This document shows positions 33,202-45,000 of a DNA stretch of 64,000 nt, in pieces (position 1 is the stretch's first letter; each line of letters opens with the position of its first letter). The stretch covers positions 1 through 64,000 of the IMG/VR virus record IMGVR_UViG_3300048564_000035; one strand, given 5' to 3'. Below the pieces are notes generated by a model. It was not told the origin of the DNA. It ran no database searches and saw nothing but the letters and a program-made list of their open reading frames with translations. This DNA is from a virus. Both the position numbers and the translations under genes were made by a program.

Positions 33202-36200
33202 TGGTATTTTTGCAGTGTTTTAAATAAACCTCTTTCAATTTCTTGTAAATAATCTACCGTCTTTTCTTCCTCTTTAAAATCCTTGTTTTCCTCTACGAAT
33301 TTTTTTATCCCCTCGTCCCTTCCTAATCCATAAAGATATTGAAGTACATATTTTTTATCCTCATCTTTTAATTGACTATACTTTACAAAGAATCCCTGTA
33401 TTTCTGCCTGATCGTTTATGAACGGAGCTATTAACGCCTTCCTTGCATGGCCTACATATTCTTCTAATTTTAACGCTTGTTCTGAATTTAGCTTTTTGTC
33501 GTTAAGTACCGGCATTACTGCTGGCGGGAATAAACCAATATCATTTGTTTTTTTGTAGTCTTCATAAATCGGCTGTGCAAAATTATCATCGTTAGCCCTG
33601 CTTATTCCGAATAAACGCATAGGAACGTTATCTTTTTTATCAAGCCTATCTCCCCATATTCCTATTTTTGACGGTGGGTATTGATTAAGGACATTTCTTA
33701 AAATAGCAGAACGGGTAAGCATACTGTTTTTCACTTCCTGCATGAACGTATCTGCCTTTGCTTTTGTATAATACGGAAGCATTGCTTTTTCTACCTGTGC
33801 TGATGCTGCGGGGTGAACTATATTTGCAAACATATTTAACGTGTTTACTCCCCATCTTTGTAGTCCATATCCAATATCTCCCGTTTTTATTCCTTGCTGC
33901 ATAGCTTCAAGCAAAGATTGTGTATTACCAAATACTCCTTGTTCAAAATCCTGTAAAGCATATAGTTCCATGCCCCCAACTGCAACATCCCAAAAGTCAG
34001 ACTGTTCTTTCTTTTGCTCAGGAGTCATTTCTTCATTCTTTCTTGCTATTGTATTGCCTACGGTTCCCCAATGACCAAACCACCGATTTGCTATAACTAA
34101 CCCATTCTTTACTTTATTTGGGTCTTCGCCTCTTAGCCATGCAGAAAGTTTTGAAACATTTATCGTTCCCTGATTTTCATAAAACTGTTCTCCTTCTCTT
34201 TCTTTCTTTGTATCATCTCCGGTATTACCCGATCTGTATATACCTGCGCTTACCATTCCCATTATTACGGCTCTTGTTGCCATACCTATCGCTGCATGAG
34301 CAAGCCAGTACTTTGCTTCATGTATATCTTTTTCTGCACTGCTATTTGGTTTATCAAAACTGAATTTTGCTCCTTTTGTTTTAGCGAACGCCTTTCCTGC
34401 ATATATCATTGATTGGAGCATAGCAACTTCTGGATTGACTATGTTGTAATAACTCCAATAAGCGTTCGATGGAATTTTTATGTAAGGAGAAACTACGGTT
34501 GCTTTTAATAATCCTCCAACACCACTTTTTTGCCCACCAAATACACGGTTAAGCATATCATTGAGCATATTATCCTGCTGGAAAGTTGACCGTTCTCCTT
34601 CTTTTACAATGGTATCTTTTATGTAGTCAGCTTTCTTACCCGCTTCGGCATCACTTAAACCTTTTGCTTTATATACACGGTACGCTTCTTCTCTTGGAAA
34701 GTCAATGAATAAGTCGTAGTCAATATCTTTCAATCCTAATGACTTGGCAAATGCAGCCGCCTGCGCTCCTTCTGCTGCGAACCGCTGTGGCTTATCTCCT
34801 AAATTCAAAGTACGGGCAATTATCTCCGCTGTAATACCGGGAGGGGATGCCTGAATAATTTTATCAATTATCTGCGCTTTGGTAAGATTCTTTTTACCTT
34901 GTGAATATGCCCACAAATCTCTGTACGCTGAAGCTGGTCGTATTGCATCTCCCTGTATTTCTTTGTTCAGGTAGTCAGCCCTGTCAAGTCCTGTAATGAA
35001 TTTCTTTACAGCCTCCTTCGTTCCCAATCCTAACTTTTTGAAGAACTCTTTTTGTACTTTTACGGACAACACATCTGTTTCAGGCAAATATTCTTTACCC
35101 ATTAACTTTGCTCCCACCTGTATCGCTCTTTCAATTCCAGTTTTTATTATCCCAACCGGAAGTCTTACGCCTAAATGGTTAATGACATTGTATATCGGGT
35201 TGTTAACCAACGCAGGTATTCCCAATGTGTTTAACTGCATTAAGGAAGTAAGACGTTTTGTTATGTTTGGCTTATTATAAAGTAACTGATTAAGTTCCTT
35301 TGCCGCCTTCCCTGCTTTTTTCTCCGCTTCGGTAAATGCTTTTCGTGACTCTTGCGTCCTTTCGGTTCGAGCTTTTTTACCAGCTTCATCAACGGCGTTT
35401 GTTTCGTTGACTAACTCACGTAATCTTTTTGCTTCTGCATCCGTCATTTCGCCTCTGCCAGTTACGTCAGCAATTATCTTTCTGAAATCTGCATAATCCA
35501 ATCCACCGCTTTCTACTATTTTAGCGAAAGACTTTCTGACAACATCCTCTTTTTGACTATCTGAAAGACCTTTTAATTTGTTTCTGAATTTATCAAGTAT
35601 CTTAGCCTTTAATTCTTCGTCGGTCAATGGCTTCTTACTTTGCTTATCTTTTAGTTTTTGCTCCCATTCTGCCCTGAAGCCTTCTTTATCCCATTCGCTA
35701 TGACCTATTTTATCTGAAATATAATCAATAGCGTCCTGAACAATTTTACCAATTGCTTCCCCTGCATCATACGCTTTCTTCATTGTTGCGCCGACTGCCT
35801 TAAGCACTTCATCTATACCAATGCCTTGTTTTTCCGTTCCTCCCGGCAAGTCTGCACTTAACTTTTTAGCCCACTTTGAAAGGGTGTCGTCAATCGCTTT
35901 GTGAACCTTTTCTTTCCGTGACTCTCGTTCTCCTGCACGTTCCTTTTTTACTTCCTCTTTTACCAAATCCTTAAATTCAGGTTCTTTCATCATTTCATCA
36001 AAGGCTTCTTTCCATGACTTGTCTTTTGGTTTTGACCATTGTTCAAACTCCTGTTTCCTGTTTGCATTTTCTACCATTTGAATACCCAATGCAGATTTCT
36101 TGTAGAAGAAATTTAATGCGGATATTCCCCTACCTTGTTTCCTTAAATGTTCATCAAGGTTAATAGCTATTTCGGCGAACTTTTTTGCAAACTCTACTGC

Positions 36201-39200
36201 TTCTGCCTTTGTCTTTGCCCCATCTTCCATATCTTTTAACCGGCTCAATGCTTCTGTTTGAACAAGGGTATTTACATCACCTCCAAAATCTCCCGCTCTT
36301 GCCCTCAATACGGAGTCATCTATTCCGTTTTCATCAAGGATGGCTTTGGCTAAGTCCTGCGCCTCTTGTTGGCTCTTTGGCTCGTATTTAAGCCCTGCTG
36401 CCTTTATTCCTTCTTTGGCTGATTCAGATACGTTTGTGGCGTTTACAAGCCTATTGGCTAATGACTTATTCTTTAGGGGTTCTTCTTCGACTGTTGTACT
36501 TTCATCGGTTACAGGCGGGATCGGCGGAGTTTCTGCTGTTGCTTCTCCTTCTTCTGCTGTTCTGACATTTTCAGTAGCCGTTCCATTGTCTTCGCCCGTT
36601 GTCCCTGTTTGGTCGGGAACTTCGGGAGTAACTTCTGTTTCATTTTGAATAGGTTTTAGTGCTGCAATAACGGATTCTTTATTCGGAAACGCTTTGGTTA
36701 CGGCATCGTCAACGTCCAATGATGTTTTCATTGAAATATCCCTTCCCCCTTCTGGTGATTCTGTTCCGTCCTGCTGGATACCATATTTCTGCATTGCAAG
36801 GTCTAATAAAACTGCTTTGGCCGTAGTCGGGTCTTGCATTACCATTTCTCCGTATGTCCCTTCCAGATTACCTTTTCCTGCCGCCTCTACGATAACTTGC
36901 TCCGGGGTTAATTCAGTTTCTTTTTCTTCAATTGGAGTAGCAATTACTTCTGGCTTGCCTAATATCCTGTTCTTTTCATTTTCCGCTGCATCTATTTTTT
37001 TCTGTATGGCATTTTGTTCTTCCGTATCATTCGTAGCCGCCTTATTCTCTGTATATATTTTAGATAATGTATCCTGATAAGCATATTCCATTTTTTCTTC
37101 TGAAGTAATAACCTCGTCTTTTTCATTTCTTGCCGGTGCTGACAATATACTATTTCTATGCAGATTTAAAAGTGTTAATGATTTATCGTACTCATCCTGT
37201 GTGATAGCTTTTTGAAGTAGTGATTTATCCAATGCGTTTTTAGAGTCAGAAAAATTAAGAGCAGAAGTATTGAGTCCGTCTCTTGTAAAATCTTTGCTCA
37301 ATGCCGCTCCGCCCCCTCCTAAAATAGAAGGAACAAGCATTGATATAAATGTTCCTTTTGCAGTCTCTAAAACCTCACTCCCCAAATCTCTGTCTTTTAC
37401 AGATGCGGGTGAAAAAATAGCTTCGGTAACATAATCAACTACTTGTGTACCCACTTCTTCAGCTACTTCCTGCCCGGAAATATTTATAGTATTTGCTACA
37501 AACTTCTGTACAAATGGTCTGGCTTTAATTGCTAACGATGCAGGATCGCCCCCTTTTTTTATCAGGTCAACAAGGTCATTAGCTAACGTTCTTTTTAATC
37601 CTGCTAAAGCCTTATCAGCTATCTTAACATCAGGGAGTATTGTTTCAAATCCTGCTGAAGATATTGAGTCAATCGTTCCAATAAGTTTTGCAGTACCGGG
37701 ATCGCCTGTTTTCTGCAAAGCATCAGCATAGGCACTCCCGTATGTTTGGGCGTAGGTTGAAGCAACGGTTCCACCATAAACTTCAAGATTAGCTGCTTCC
37801 GCTGCTGATAATCCTCCAATCCTTGTTTCAAGTGAAGCTATTTTTCCCAATCCTTTGCCAATACCCTTTGTCAATAATACTTGTGGGATAAACTGCCCAA
37901 ACCCTCTTGCCATATCATACCATATATTGCTCCTGTCAGAAGGAAGTACTGCACTATATTGGCCTTTTTCATTAGCCACTAATTGACCGCCAATACCTGT
38001 ATCTAACTTTTTAGATCGCAAATATGTTTCAGCCGGACTTTCCCCGATAATATCAATAGTACTTTTTATTCCTGCAATTGGCTGTATTACTCCCTGAGCA
38101 ATCGCTTCACGCCACCCTGATTTCGGAATAGCATCATACCACCCTATCTGTTCTTCATCGGCCAGATCATTGACTATTTCCTGATTTGGAAGGTCTTTGC
38201 CTAATTTTTTTATTTCATCTTTTGTAAACTCAATCCTGTTTTTACCTCCCGCTTGCTTTGCACGTTCCCCTATTATTCTTGCATAATCAGCTTTTTTTGT
38301 GTCATAAGAGGTGTAATCAATCTTCGTTTCCGCATCTATCAAAGAAGGGTCAGACGCTGCTTTTGAAAATACTTGTTGATTGTATATTTGCTGACCTATA
38401 TTTGACAATGTTTCAAAATCAGCCCCCGAAACTTTTCCTTCCTCATTTATGCCACGAATAACATTTTTATAAATATTAGGTTTTACAGCTTTGATATAGT
38501 TAAGCCCTAATTCAAATTGATGTTGGCCAATTTCATCCTGCTGACCGTATCCTCCCTTTGGAACTGCTTCACCCTCTTCTCTCTGTACATTAGCACCCAT
38601 TAAGGCATACTTTGTGTTTTTACTTATAGATGTTATTTCAGGGTGAATTTCTTTTTGTGCAGACAGGTATATAAGTTTTTCATTAATTTTTTTTATTAGT
38701 TCCCCGCCATCCTTTCTTTCTCCACCAGTTGTTTCAATATAATCCGCCGATTCTATTTGACTAAGCAATTGTCCTAATTGTTCTGCGTTATTAGCGTCAT
38801 CCATTTTAAGGGGCAGAATACTAACACTTGCTGATCCACCGCCTGTACCTCCGCTAACAGAAACTTTTGCAACCTGAAGATTTCCGATTTCGTTATTAAG
38901 TTCATTATCCAGATTTGCAAAATACCTTCCTTGCGCCTCTACTCCCTTTGGCCTATTTTTAATATTTATATCCTTGGCTACCATATCCCATTTCTTTTCG
39001 CTACCAAACACATCTTTAGAAAATCCAAAATCACCGGCATCTGGAACGTATTGATTAACCGTTTCAGAAACTATTTTTTTACCATACGGTTTATCATAAA
39101 GTTCTGCAAGTTGTTCCGGCTTAACCGTACCAGTTTCAACACGGTTTTGAACTGCCGATATTTCTTTCTCCCGTTCACGGTTTATTTCATACTTTTTTTC

Positions 39201-39560
39201 TTCAAAAGATTTTTTCTTTTGGTCATAATCAATTTTACCTAATAATGTTTTTGGCTTAACTGGTTCAGAAAGTGAGAACTCTTTATGACCCGTCATTTCT
39301 TCAAACTTTCTATTATAATCTTCAATCTTTGCTCTTTCCTGATTGACGGGTGATTGGCGAACGGAGGGAGATTTTGAAGGGTAATCTGATCTCAAATCCA
39401 AAGATTGTTGGCCTTTTACACCACCGTATAAAAGAGGATATTCCGGTTCTTTTTTTTTTAATGGCACAGGTAATCCTTCATCATCGAACTTTACCAATGA
39501 TTTAGGTATCGGTAGTCCTTCGTCGTCAATTTCTATATCTTTTCTTTTCGATACTGACAT
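33198..39560 (-). CDS. giant virion/ejection-type protein (2120 aa)
   Basis: A single uninterrupted ORF. The motif DDEGLP(I/V)P occurs twice near the N-terminus. It has long Glu/Lys coiled-coil stretches. I recognised no enzymatic motif. Confidence 0.7.
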   Translation of the reverse strand: MSVSKRKDIEIDDEGLPIPKSLVKFDDEGLPVPLKKKEPEYPLLYGGVKGQQSLDLRSDYPSKSPSVRQSPVNQERAKIEDYNRKFEEMTGHKEFSLSEPVKPKTLLGKIDYDQKKKSFEEKKYEINREREKEISAVQNRVETGTVKPEQLAELYDKPYGKKIVSETVNQYVPDAGDFGFSKDVFGSEKKWDMVAKDINIKNRPKGVEAQGRYFANLDNELNNEIGNLQVAKVSVSGGTGGGSASVSILPLKMDDANNAEQLGQLLSQIESADYIETTGGERKDGGELIKKINEKLIYLSAQKEIHPEITSISKNTKYALMGANVQREEGEAVPKGGYGQQDEIGQHQFELGLNYIKAVKPNIYKNVIRGINEEGKVSGADFETLSNIGQQIYNQQVFSKAASDPSLIDAETKIDYTSYDTKKADYARIIGERAKQAGGKNRIEFTKDEIKKLGKDLPNQEIVNDLADEEQIGWYDAIPKSGWREAIAQGVIQPIAGIKSTIDIIGESPAETYLRSKKLDTGIGGQLVANEKGQYSAVLPSDRSNIWYDMARGFGQFIPQVLLTKGIGKGLGKIASLETRIGGLSAAEAANLEVYGGTVASTYAQTYGSAYADALQKTGDPGTAKLIGTIDSISSAGFETILPDVKIADKALAGLKRTLANDLVDLIKKGGDPASLAIKARPFVQKFVANTINISGQEVAEEVGTQVVDYVTEAIFSPASVKDRDLGSEVLETAKGTFISMLVPSILGGGGAALSKDFTRDGLNTSALNFSDSKNALDKSLLQKAITQDEYDKSLTLLNLHRNSILSAPARNEKDEVITSEEKMEYAYQDTLSKIYTENKAATNDTEEQNAIQKKIDAAENEKNRILGKPEVIATPIEEKETELTPEQVIVEAAGKGNLEGTYGEMVMQDPTTAKAVLLDLAMQKYGIQQDGTESPEGGRDISMKTSLDVDDAVTKAFPNKESVIAALKPIQNETEVTPEVPDQTGTTGEDNGTATENVRTAEEGEATAETPPIPPVTDESTTVEEEPLKNKSLANRLVNATNVSESAKEGIKAAGLKYEPKSQQEAQDLAKAILDENGIDDSVLRARAGDFGGDVNTLVQTEALSRLKDMEDGAKTKAEAVEFAKKFAEIAINLDEHLRKQGRGISALNFFYKKSALGIQMVENANRKQEFEQWSKPKDKSWKEAFDEMMKEPEFKDLVKEEVKKERAGERESRKEKVHKAIDDTLSKWAKKLSADLPGGTEKQGIGIDEVLKAVGATMKKAYDAGEAIGKIVQDAIDYISDKIGHSEWDKEGFRAEWEQKLKDKQSKKPLTDEELKAKILDKFRNKLKGLSDSQKEDVVRKSFAKIVESGGLDYADFRKIIADVTGRGEMTDAEAKRLRELVNETNAVDEAGKKARTERTQESRKAFTEAEKKAGKAAKELNQLLYNKPNITKRLTSLMQLNTLGIPALVNNPIYNVINHLGVRLPVGIIKTGIERAIQVGAKLMGKEYLPETDVLSVKVQKEFFKKLGLGTKEAVKKFITGLDRADYLNKEIQGDAIRPASAYRDLWAYSQGKKNLTKAQIIDKIIQASPPGITAEIIARTLNLGDKPQRFAAEGAQAAAFAKSLGLKDIDYDLFIDFPREEAYRVYKAKGLSDAEAGKKADYIKDTIVKEGERSTFQQDNMLNDMLNRVFGGQKSGVGGLLKATVVSPYIKIPSNAYWSYYNIVNPEVAMLQSMIYAGKAFAKTKGAKFSFDKPNSSAEKDIHEAKYWLAHAAIGMATRAVIMGMVSAGIYRSGNTGDDTKKEREGEQFYENQGTINVSKLSAWLRGEDPNKVKNGLVIANRWFGHWGTVGNTIARKNEEMTPEQKKEQSDFWDVAVGGMELYALQDFEQGVFGNTQSLLEAMQQGIKTGDIGYGLQRWGVNTLNMFANIVHPAASAQVEKAMLPYYTKAKADTFMQEVKNSMLTRSAILRNVLNQYPPSKIGIWGDRLDKKDNVPMRLFGISRANDDNFAQPIYEDYKKTNDIGLFPPAVMPVLNDKKLNSEQALKLEEYVGHARKALIAPFINDQAEIQGFFVKYSQLKDEDKKYVLQYLYGLGRDEGIKKFVEENKDFKEEEKTVDYLQEIERGLFKTLQKYQ

Positions 39561-39561
39561 A

Positions 39562-41094
39562 TTATAGCCCTATGCTTTTTTTGTACTCTTCAACTGTCAT
39601 TTTATACTTAGCAGCACCTTTTTTAAGTTGATCTTCCGTCAATGTAGTATTTCCCACTTTATACGATGCAGACTGTTCTGCTTTTTTACCCGTTATTGGA
39701 TCGTCCAACCCATCTAAAAACTTCATATCAATGCCCGGATTATTTGTCTTTACATTTTGCTTAAAAGTTTGCAGGCTAACTTCTCTAACTTGACCTTTTC
39801 CATACTTACCTTGTTCGTCCTGACTAACATACTCTTTATATTTTACTCTTTTGGTTTGCGGGTTATATTCTACATTTTCAGCAAGTAGTGTTTTACCATC
39901 AGGCAACCCTGTTACTTTAATTCCTTGCATTAATGGAGATATGTTTTTACCATAATCGGTATCCGTATATTCCCTAAGATCAATTCTTCCAATTGCGTCT
40001 TTATTACCACTTCCATAAGGGGCGTATCCTAAATTTATCCGTATCTGTTGGGGTGACGGCTTATTGTTTATATCCAAACTTTCAATCGTACCAGACTTCC
40101 TTGTTTCCTTATTTAGTTCATCATAGGCCAGCATCCTTGCTACGTTTTCTGCTTGCAAACTATTTAAGGGTATCTTTTCTCCTGTTTGTTTTTCGTGTTC
40201 CTGAATAAATAACTTTGTTTGTCCTTTTATATAATTCAATGCTTCTTCCGGAAGCGAAGTAAATACACCCCTATCTAATAGTCTTACTGGTGCATCAACT
40301 TGTTTCCCATCCTTTCCTTTGAATGTTCCCATTATTGGATTATTCTGATCGGTAGCTATTTCATATTTTGGCACAAATCCGGTTACCGCTCCCTTCTTAT
40401 CAATATCGGGAGTAAGGTAATTCTCATACTTAAGTTTTACCTTATCTCTTGATAATCCTCCCGTAGAGGTATATCGGTATATGTCCTCATTTCTTACTAC
40501 CGGATTCTTCGCCTGCTGTTTAAAAAATTCATCAAAGCCTCCTGATGTTGTCACTAATTCGGGTGAATCTTTTAATATCTTATCGCCATAACTTACATTT
40601 GGATCAATCTCAGTAATATCCTTTAATTTTTTTTGACCGTTTGCGTCCGTATCATAAAAAGCTGTATTATCAAATTCGTCATTGAATTTTTTAACATCTA
40701 TTCCGGGATTGTTTTTTAATAATTCAAGAGTTTGTTTTTTCTGCTGATTAATAAGTTTTGCTTTCTGAGAATATTCGTTTATACGATTTACTTTTGGCCC
40801 AATAGCCATCATTATAGTTGGCGTATCGGCTCCTTTTTGTGCAAGTGCTGCCCCTTCATTCATAGCTTCACCCAATTGACGCACAATTTCAGGATCATAG
40901 TTTGTTCCGGTCAGGTAATCTTTTTGATCTAACAGACTCCCAAGATGACTTAATGCACCGGCTCTTTTGCCCTCACGTTGCGAAGTCATTTGCTCATTAC
41001 GATAACGCCTGCGTTCAAGCGTATCGGCTATTTTATCGAAGCCGCTATAATCTCCCGGTGGTGTGACAAACCCATGTAAATCTAGTTGCCCCAT
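39562..41094 (-). CDS. virion-module protein (510 aa)
   Basis: ORF track. It abuts the giant gene. Confidence 0.6.
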   Translation of the reverse strand: MGQLDLHGFVTPPGDYSGFDKIADTLERRRYRNEQMTSQREGKRAGALSHLGSLLDQKDYLTGTNYDPEIVRQLGEAMNEGAALAQKGADTPTIMMAIGPKVNRINEYSQKAKLINQQKKQTLELLKNNPGIDVKKFNDEFDNTAFYDTDANGQKKLKDITEIDPNVSYGDKILKDSPELVTTSGGFDEFFKQQAKNPVVRNEDIYRYTSTGGLSRDKVKLKYENYLTPDIDKKGAVTGFVPKYEIATDQNNPIMGTFKGKDGKQVDAPVRLLDRGVFTSLPEEALNYIKGQTKLFIQEHEKQTGEKIPLNSLQAENVARMLAYDELNKETRKSGTIESLDINNKPSPQQIRINLGYAPYGSGNKDAIGRIDLREYTDTDYGKNISPLMQGIKVTGLPDGKTLLAENVEYNPQTKRVKYKEYVSQDEQGKYGKGQVREVSLQTFKQNVKTNNPGIDMKFLDGLDDPITGKKAEQSASYKVGNTTLTEDQLKKGAAKYKMTVEEYKKSIGL

Positions 41095-41098
41095 TTAT

Positions 41099-41803
41099 TT
41101 ATCCTCCAAATGGCCTGTTTGTTGAGTTAATTAATCTTGGATCAATATTTACGTTGCCTTGTAATTGGCTCCAATTTGTTATAGGTTGATTCCAAGTTTG
41201 TATTTGCCCTCCACCCGTTCTATTACCGCCACCTCCTTGTCCCATCATTCCACCACCACCGCCGCCTGCTCCAAACGCAGATAAGGCAAGGTTAGCTAAC
41301 CCAAATCCTACGTTAGTCACTTCCCCCCAATTGTTTTGCTTATTCTCATTGATAGCGCCTTTTGTTTGAACTTCATTATAGTAATGCCTTAGTTTATCCT
41401 GAAACATTTTATCACCCTCATTTACCATTGCATCCTGAGCATTAACTACATTTCCGTATCTTCTTTGGTAGTCTCCCGCCTCCGCTTGCCCTAATTGATT
41501 AAATGCTTCATTTTGATTTCCCTGAATGTCTCCTGCTTTTGCAAGTAACTGAGAAGAATCCGTGGCGGCTGCACTTGTGTTGGCAAAAGCATTTGCTCCG
41601 CTTGAATAAATATTTCTTTCGGCGGCAACCGCTCCGGGCATACGAGCATTAAGAAGTGTTCGGGCAAGTCCTAATCTTTCCTTTATCAAAGGATTTTCAG
41701 CATAAGCAGGGTCTTTGGCTAAAAGACTTCTCATTTCCTTATTAGCCTTCCCCCGTTGAATCATTTTCATTGCCGCCCCTCCAAGTATGAGATTAGCTAT
41801 CAT
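41099..41803 (-). CDS. Gly-rich virion-module protein (234 aa)
   Basis: C-terminal stretch GAGGGGGGMMGQGGGGNRTGGGQ. Confidence 0.55.
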   Translation of the reverse strand: MIANLILGGAAMKMIQRGKANKEMRSLLAKDPAYAENPLIKERLGLARTLLNARMPGAVAAERNIYSSGANAFANTSAAATDSSQLLAKAGDIQGNQNEAFNQLGQAEAGDYQRRYGNVVNAQDAMVNEGDKMFQDKLRHYYNEVQTKGAINENKQNNWGEVTNVGFGLANLALSAFGAGGGGGGMMGQGGGGNRTGGGQIQTWNQPITNWSQLQGNVNIDPRLINSTNRPFGG

Positions 41804-41814
41804 ATAAAAATACT

Positions 41815-42060
41815 TTAAGTGCCAAAAATAGAATTAAGTAACGTTTTTGCCTGACTAACAGATGTTGGTGTACTCGTTCCTACACGTAGATTTTGCCATG
41901 TATTCGTGTAAACATCAGTACCAATAAATATCTGAAAAGTGGTATCGTCAGAAGAAAATTGATACTTGCCAGTTCCGCCGAAATATGCCTTTGGATTAGT
42001 TGTATTACTATCCAAAATAAATAATATTCCGGAAACTTTCGTAATAGTTAATAAGCTCAT
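41815..42060 (-). CDS. hypothetical protein (81 aa)
   Basis: ORF track. Confidence 0.5.
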   Translation of the reverse strand: MSLLTITKVSGILFILDSNTTNPKAYFGGTGKYQFSSDDTTFQIFIGTDVYTNTWQNLRVGTSTPTSVSQAKTLLNSIFGT

Positions 42061-42071
42061 TTTAAATATAT

Positions 42072-45000
42072 TTAAATAGTTTGCCCTAACGAGTTTTCAA
42101 ATCCAACTGAAACAAACTCCAATTCTAAAGGAGTTATGGAAACTGTAAATTCTAACATGATAAACATCGATGCACTTCTCATTTTCTCATTTATCAACAA
42201 CCCACTTACCGAATATCCTGTCGCTGTTGGTGTTATTTTATTCCTATAAAAAACAGCATACAAATTTCCTTCAAGTGGCCTATAATCAAAATCTACCAAA
42301 TCGCTGCATTGCTGAACCGGGGCATCGGTATAAAGATACGTCAAAGTAGGCTTCATATTAACCTTTAAAGCTATATTGTTATAGACTTTAGGTATTGCCG
42401 GGTTCTGATTTGATACAAACATGATCTTTGACTTATACTGAATGTCAAAGAAGTTATTATAAGAAGTCGTCTGATTGCCTATCCATATATGTCCGTCTTT
42501 GAACATAAATAATTTATTCTGCAATGTTATAAACCCTTCCGGATTGAAAGCATAGCTTCCCATCCACTTAGGCATACCATTCCCTTTGTCCAATTGATAT
42601 ACAATTGTCTTACCCTGAAAATCCAATATATCAAATGGGTATATAGTAAGATTTCTTACTCCCGTAATCGTTACATCATAACCTGAATCAACAAGACTTT
42701 CCTCAAATCTGGATGCCCCTTCCGGCATTGTATTATTTAAAACATCTTCTAATGTAGAACCGACAAACACTAAGTCTGATTGGTTTACAGATGATGGCGG
42801 AATAACTGATACAGGCGGAGATACACCATATGACTGTGTAGCTGGAATCAGGTAATATCCATTAGGTTGTGTTTCGGTAAGAAACACGAATATCCCGTAA
42901 TAATAAGATGCCGGGGCTTCATCAGAAGAAAAATAACCCTGTCTTATTTCATAAGCGTCTTTTACATAAACGTTTTCTGTATAATCGGGCAAATATCCTT
43001 TTGGCGGAATATTAAGTAATTTAGGTATAGAAATAAGAAGTTCCATATGATATGGATCAACCGTTGTAAATATAAATGGTCTTCCGCCTAATGCCTCAAT
43101 TTCTTCTGAAGTCATTGATAAAAATTGCTTGAACCACTCCTGCCAGAATCTAGTCATTTTATAATTAGAAATCGGGAACAATCCGTTTGAGGCGTATTGA
43201 ATCCATTTCCCATTATTGGCATCCGGGAAAATGACTATGCCCCTAAACTCTACCCATGCTTCAGGATTAACGGTTCCATAATTTCCTTTTAATACATTGA
43301 CTGTTCCTAGTACTTGCTCAGTAGTTACAAGGCTTGCATTGCCGGCTGAGCCCAATAATTGAGTTTCTCCCACATAAACAGATACCGTTTCCTGCTGGCA
43401 GCCAACAAGCATTACAACTCCTATTTCGTCCTGAACCTTTGATGTAAGTATCATCTTTAATATTGCCCCGCACTCGTTAGGGATTGGCTTTTCGTCTCCT
43501 GCATCAAATGTACTCAATCCGTTTATGGCTGTATTTGGTATATAATTGTTACTGAATGATATTGAATTTTTCTTTACTACCTGACCAAGCCTAGTTATGA
43601 GATTTATCTTCCCTGCATCGGTATCCCACCTCTGAAAATAAAGATCATTAGGAGACATCGCCTCTGCAAAATAGGTAGTACTTGCAAAAGTTCTGGTTAG
43701 TACGTAGGCATCAGGAGGGAATATATCGCTCAATATTTCATACGACCTTAGTTCTGTTCCCGGATTTGCTATACGGTATAATTGACCGATTTCATAGTAT
43801 GACTCCTGATCGCTTGTTCTGTAAGGGCTATATATCTCAAATGCGAAAGACCTAGTAGTTAAATCACCCGCATCAGCCGCCTTTACTATTATGTAATTAC
43901 CATTCTGACCGATAACGGGTAATTGATATATGGTATCATCATCTCTTATTAAAATACAAACATCACCTTCCTGAAATTGATAACCCAATCCTGATTGAAC
44001 CAATGCGTTTGTATTAAGTCCAATACCCAATACTCCGGTAACGAATGTAGTGCTTGTAAATATCCAATTACCATCAGTATCTTTTGTAGCGTATCTGGCA
44101 GCATTAGTAAACGAGTCAATAAAATATCTTGTTCTTAAATTTAGGGTACGGACTACTGCATAGTAATATGCCCAATCTGGTATCTCATTTAAAGCGTTAG
44201 TATTACTCAGCGTCCATACAGCTCCGCTAACTCCACTAGTAAAATAAAAATCTCTTGGTGGAATTTCGAATATACAGCCATCGTTTGTTACAACTCCACA
44301 TTTTCTCATCGCAAAATCATAAAAAACAACACCCCCCTGATATTGAGACTGCGTTTTAAATATGTCGTATGCTTGAATAGATACTCCTGTGATGGATACT
44401 AAACTTGAGGTAGTAATTGTAATAGGGCCGTCCCATCTGGTTGTCCCAACCGGAGCGGTGGCTTTGGCAACTTGCGATAAAGACGATCCCCTGAATGTTA
44501 ATCCCCCAAAAGCAAATGTTCCCGGAGCAGGTGGGAGTGTTGGATATGGAGACGACGAGGGGGATGTTGTCTGTGCTGTTGATGTCAATTCGTAGTAACC
44601 GTTAGGCACAACTTCCGTAAGATAAACATACCATGCGGAATAAGCATAATTAATATCTCCTGATCTGCCATTTCTGTGATATAGTTGAATAAGATTTTTT
44701 TGGAAGGAGGCTATTGCAAGATTAATTTCAGTAAGAGAAAAAGATAGTGATGTGGTTCCGGGAGTATCATATCCTTCCGTGTTATTGCCAAATCCTATTC
44801 TATTTCTAAAAGCGGCCATTGCTCTGGCATAAATTGGCACACTATCAAAAGGCTTTAACACAAGATTTGGAAGGCCGTTTGGTGAACCATCAAAGTTTAA
44901 TCCGTTCGGAATAAATTGACCTGTTATTGTATTGTAGTAGTTAAAAGTCAATACCTGAGTTCCGCTATTCTGGTCTGCTATTTCCTGAGCTTCGGTAGTT

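Noticed and set aside
33198-39560. The 2120-aa protein as a virion-packaged RNA polymerase (crAss-like or N4-like)
   Set aside because: I found no DxDGD-type or other catalytic polymerase motif on reading the sequence. The similar size alone is not evidence.
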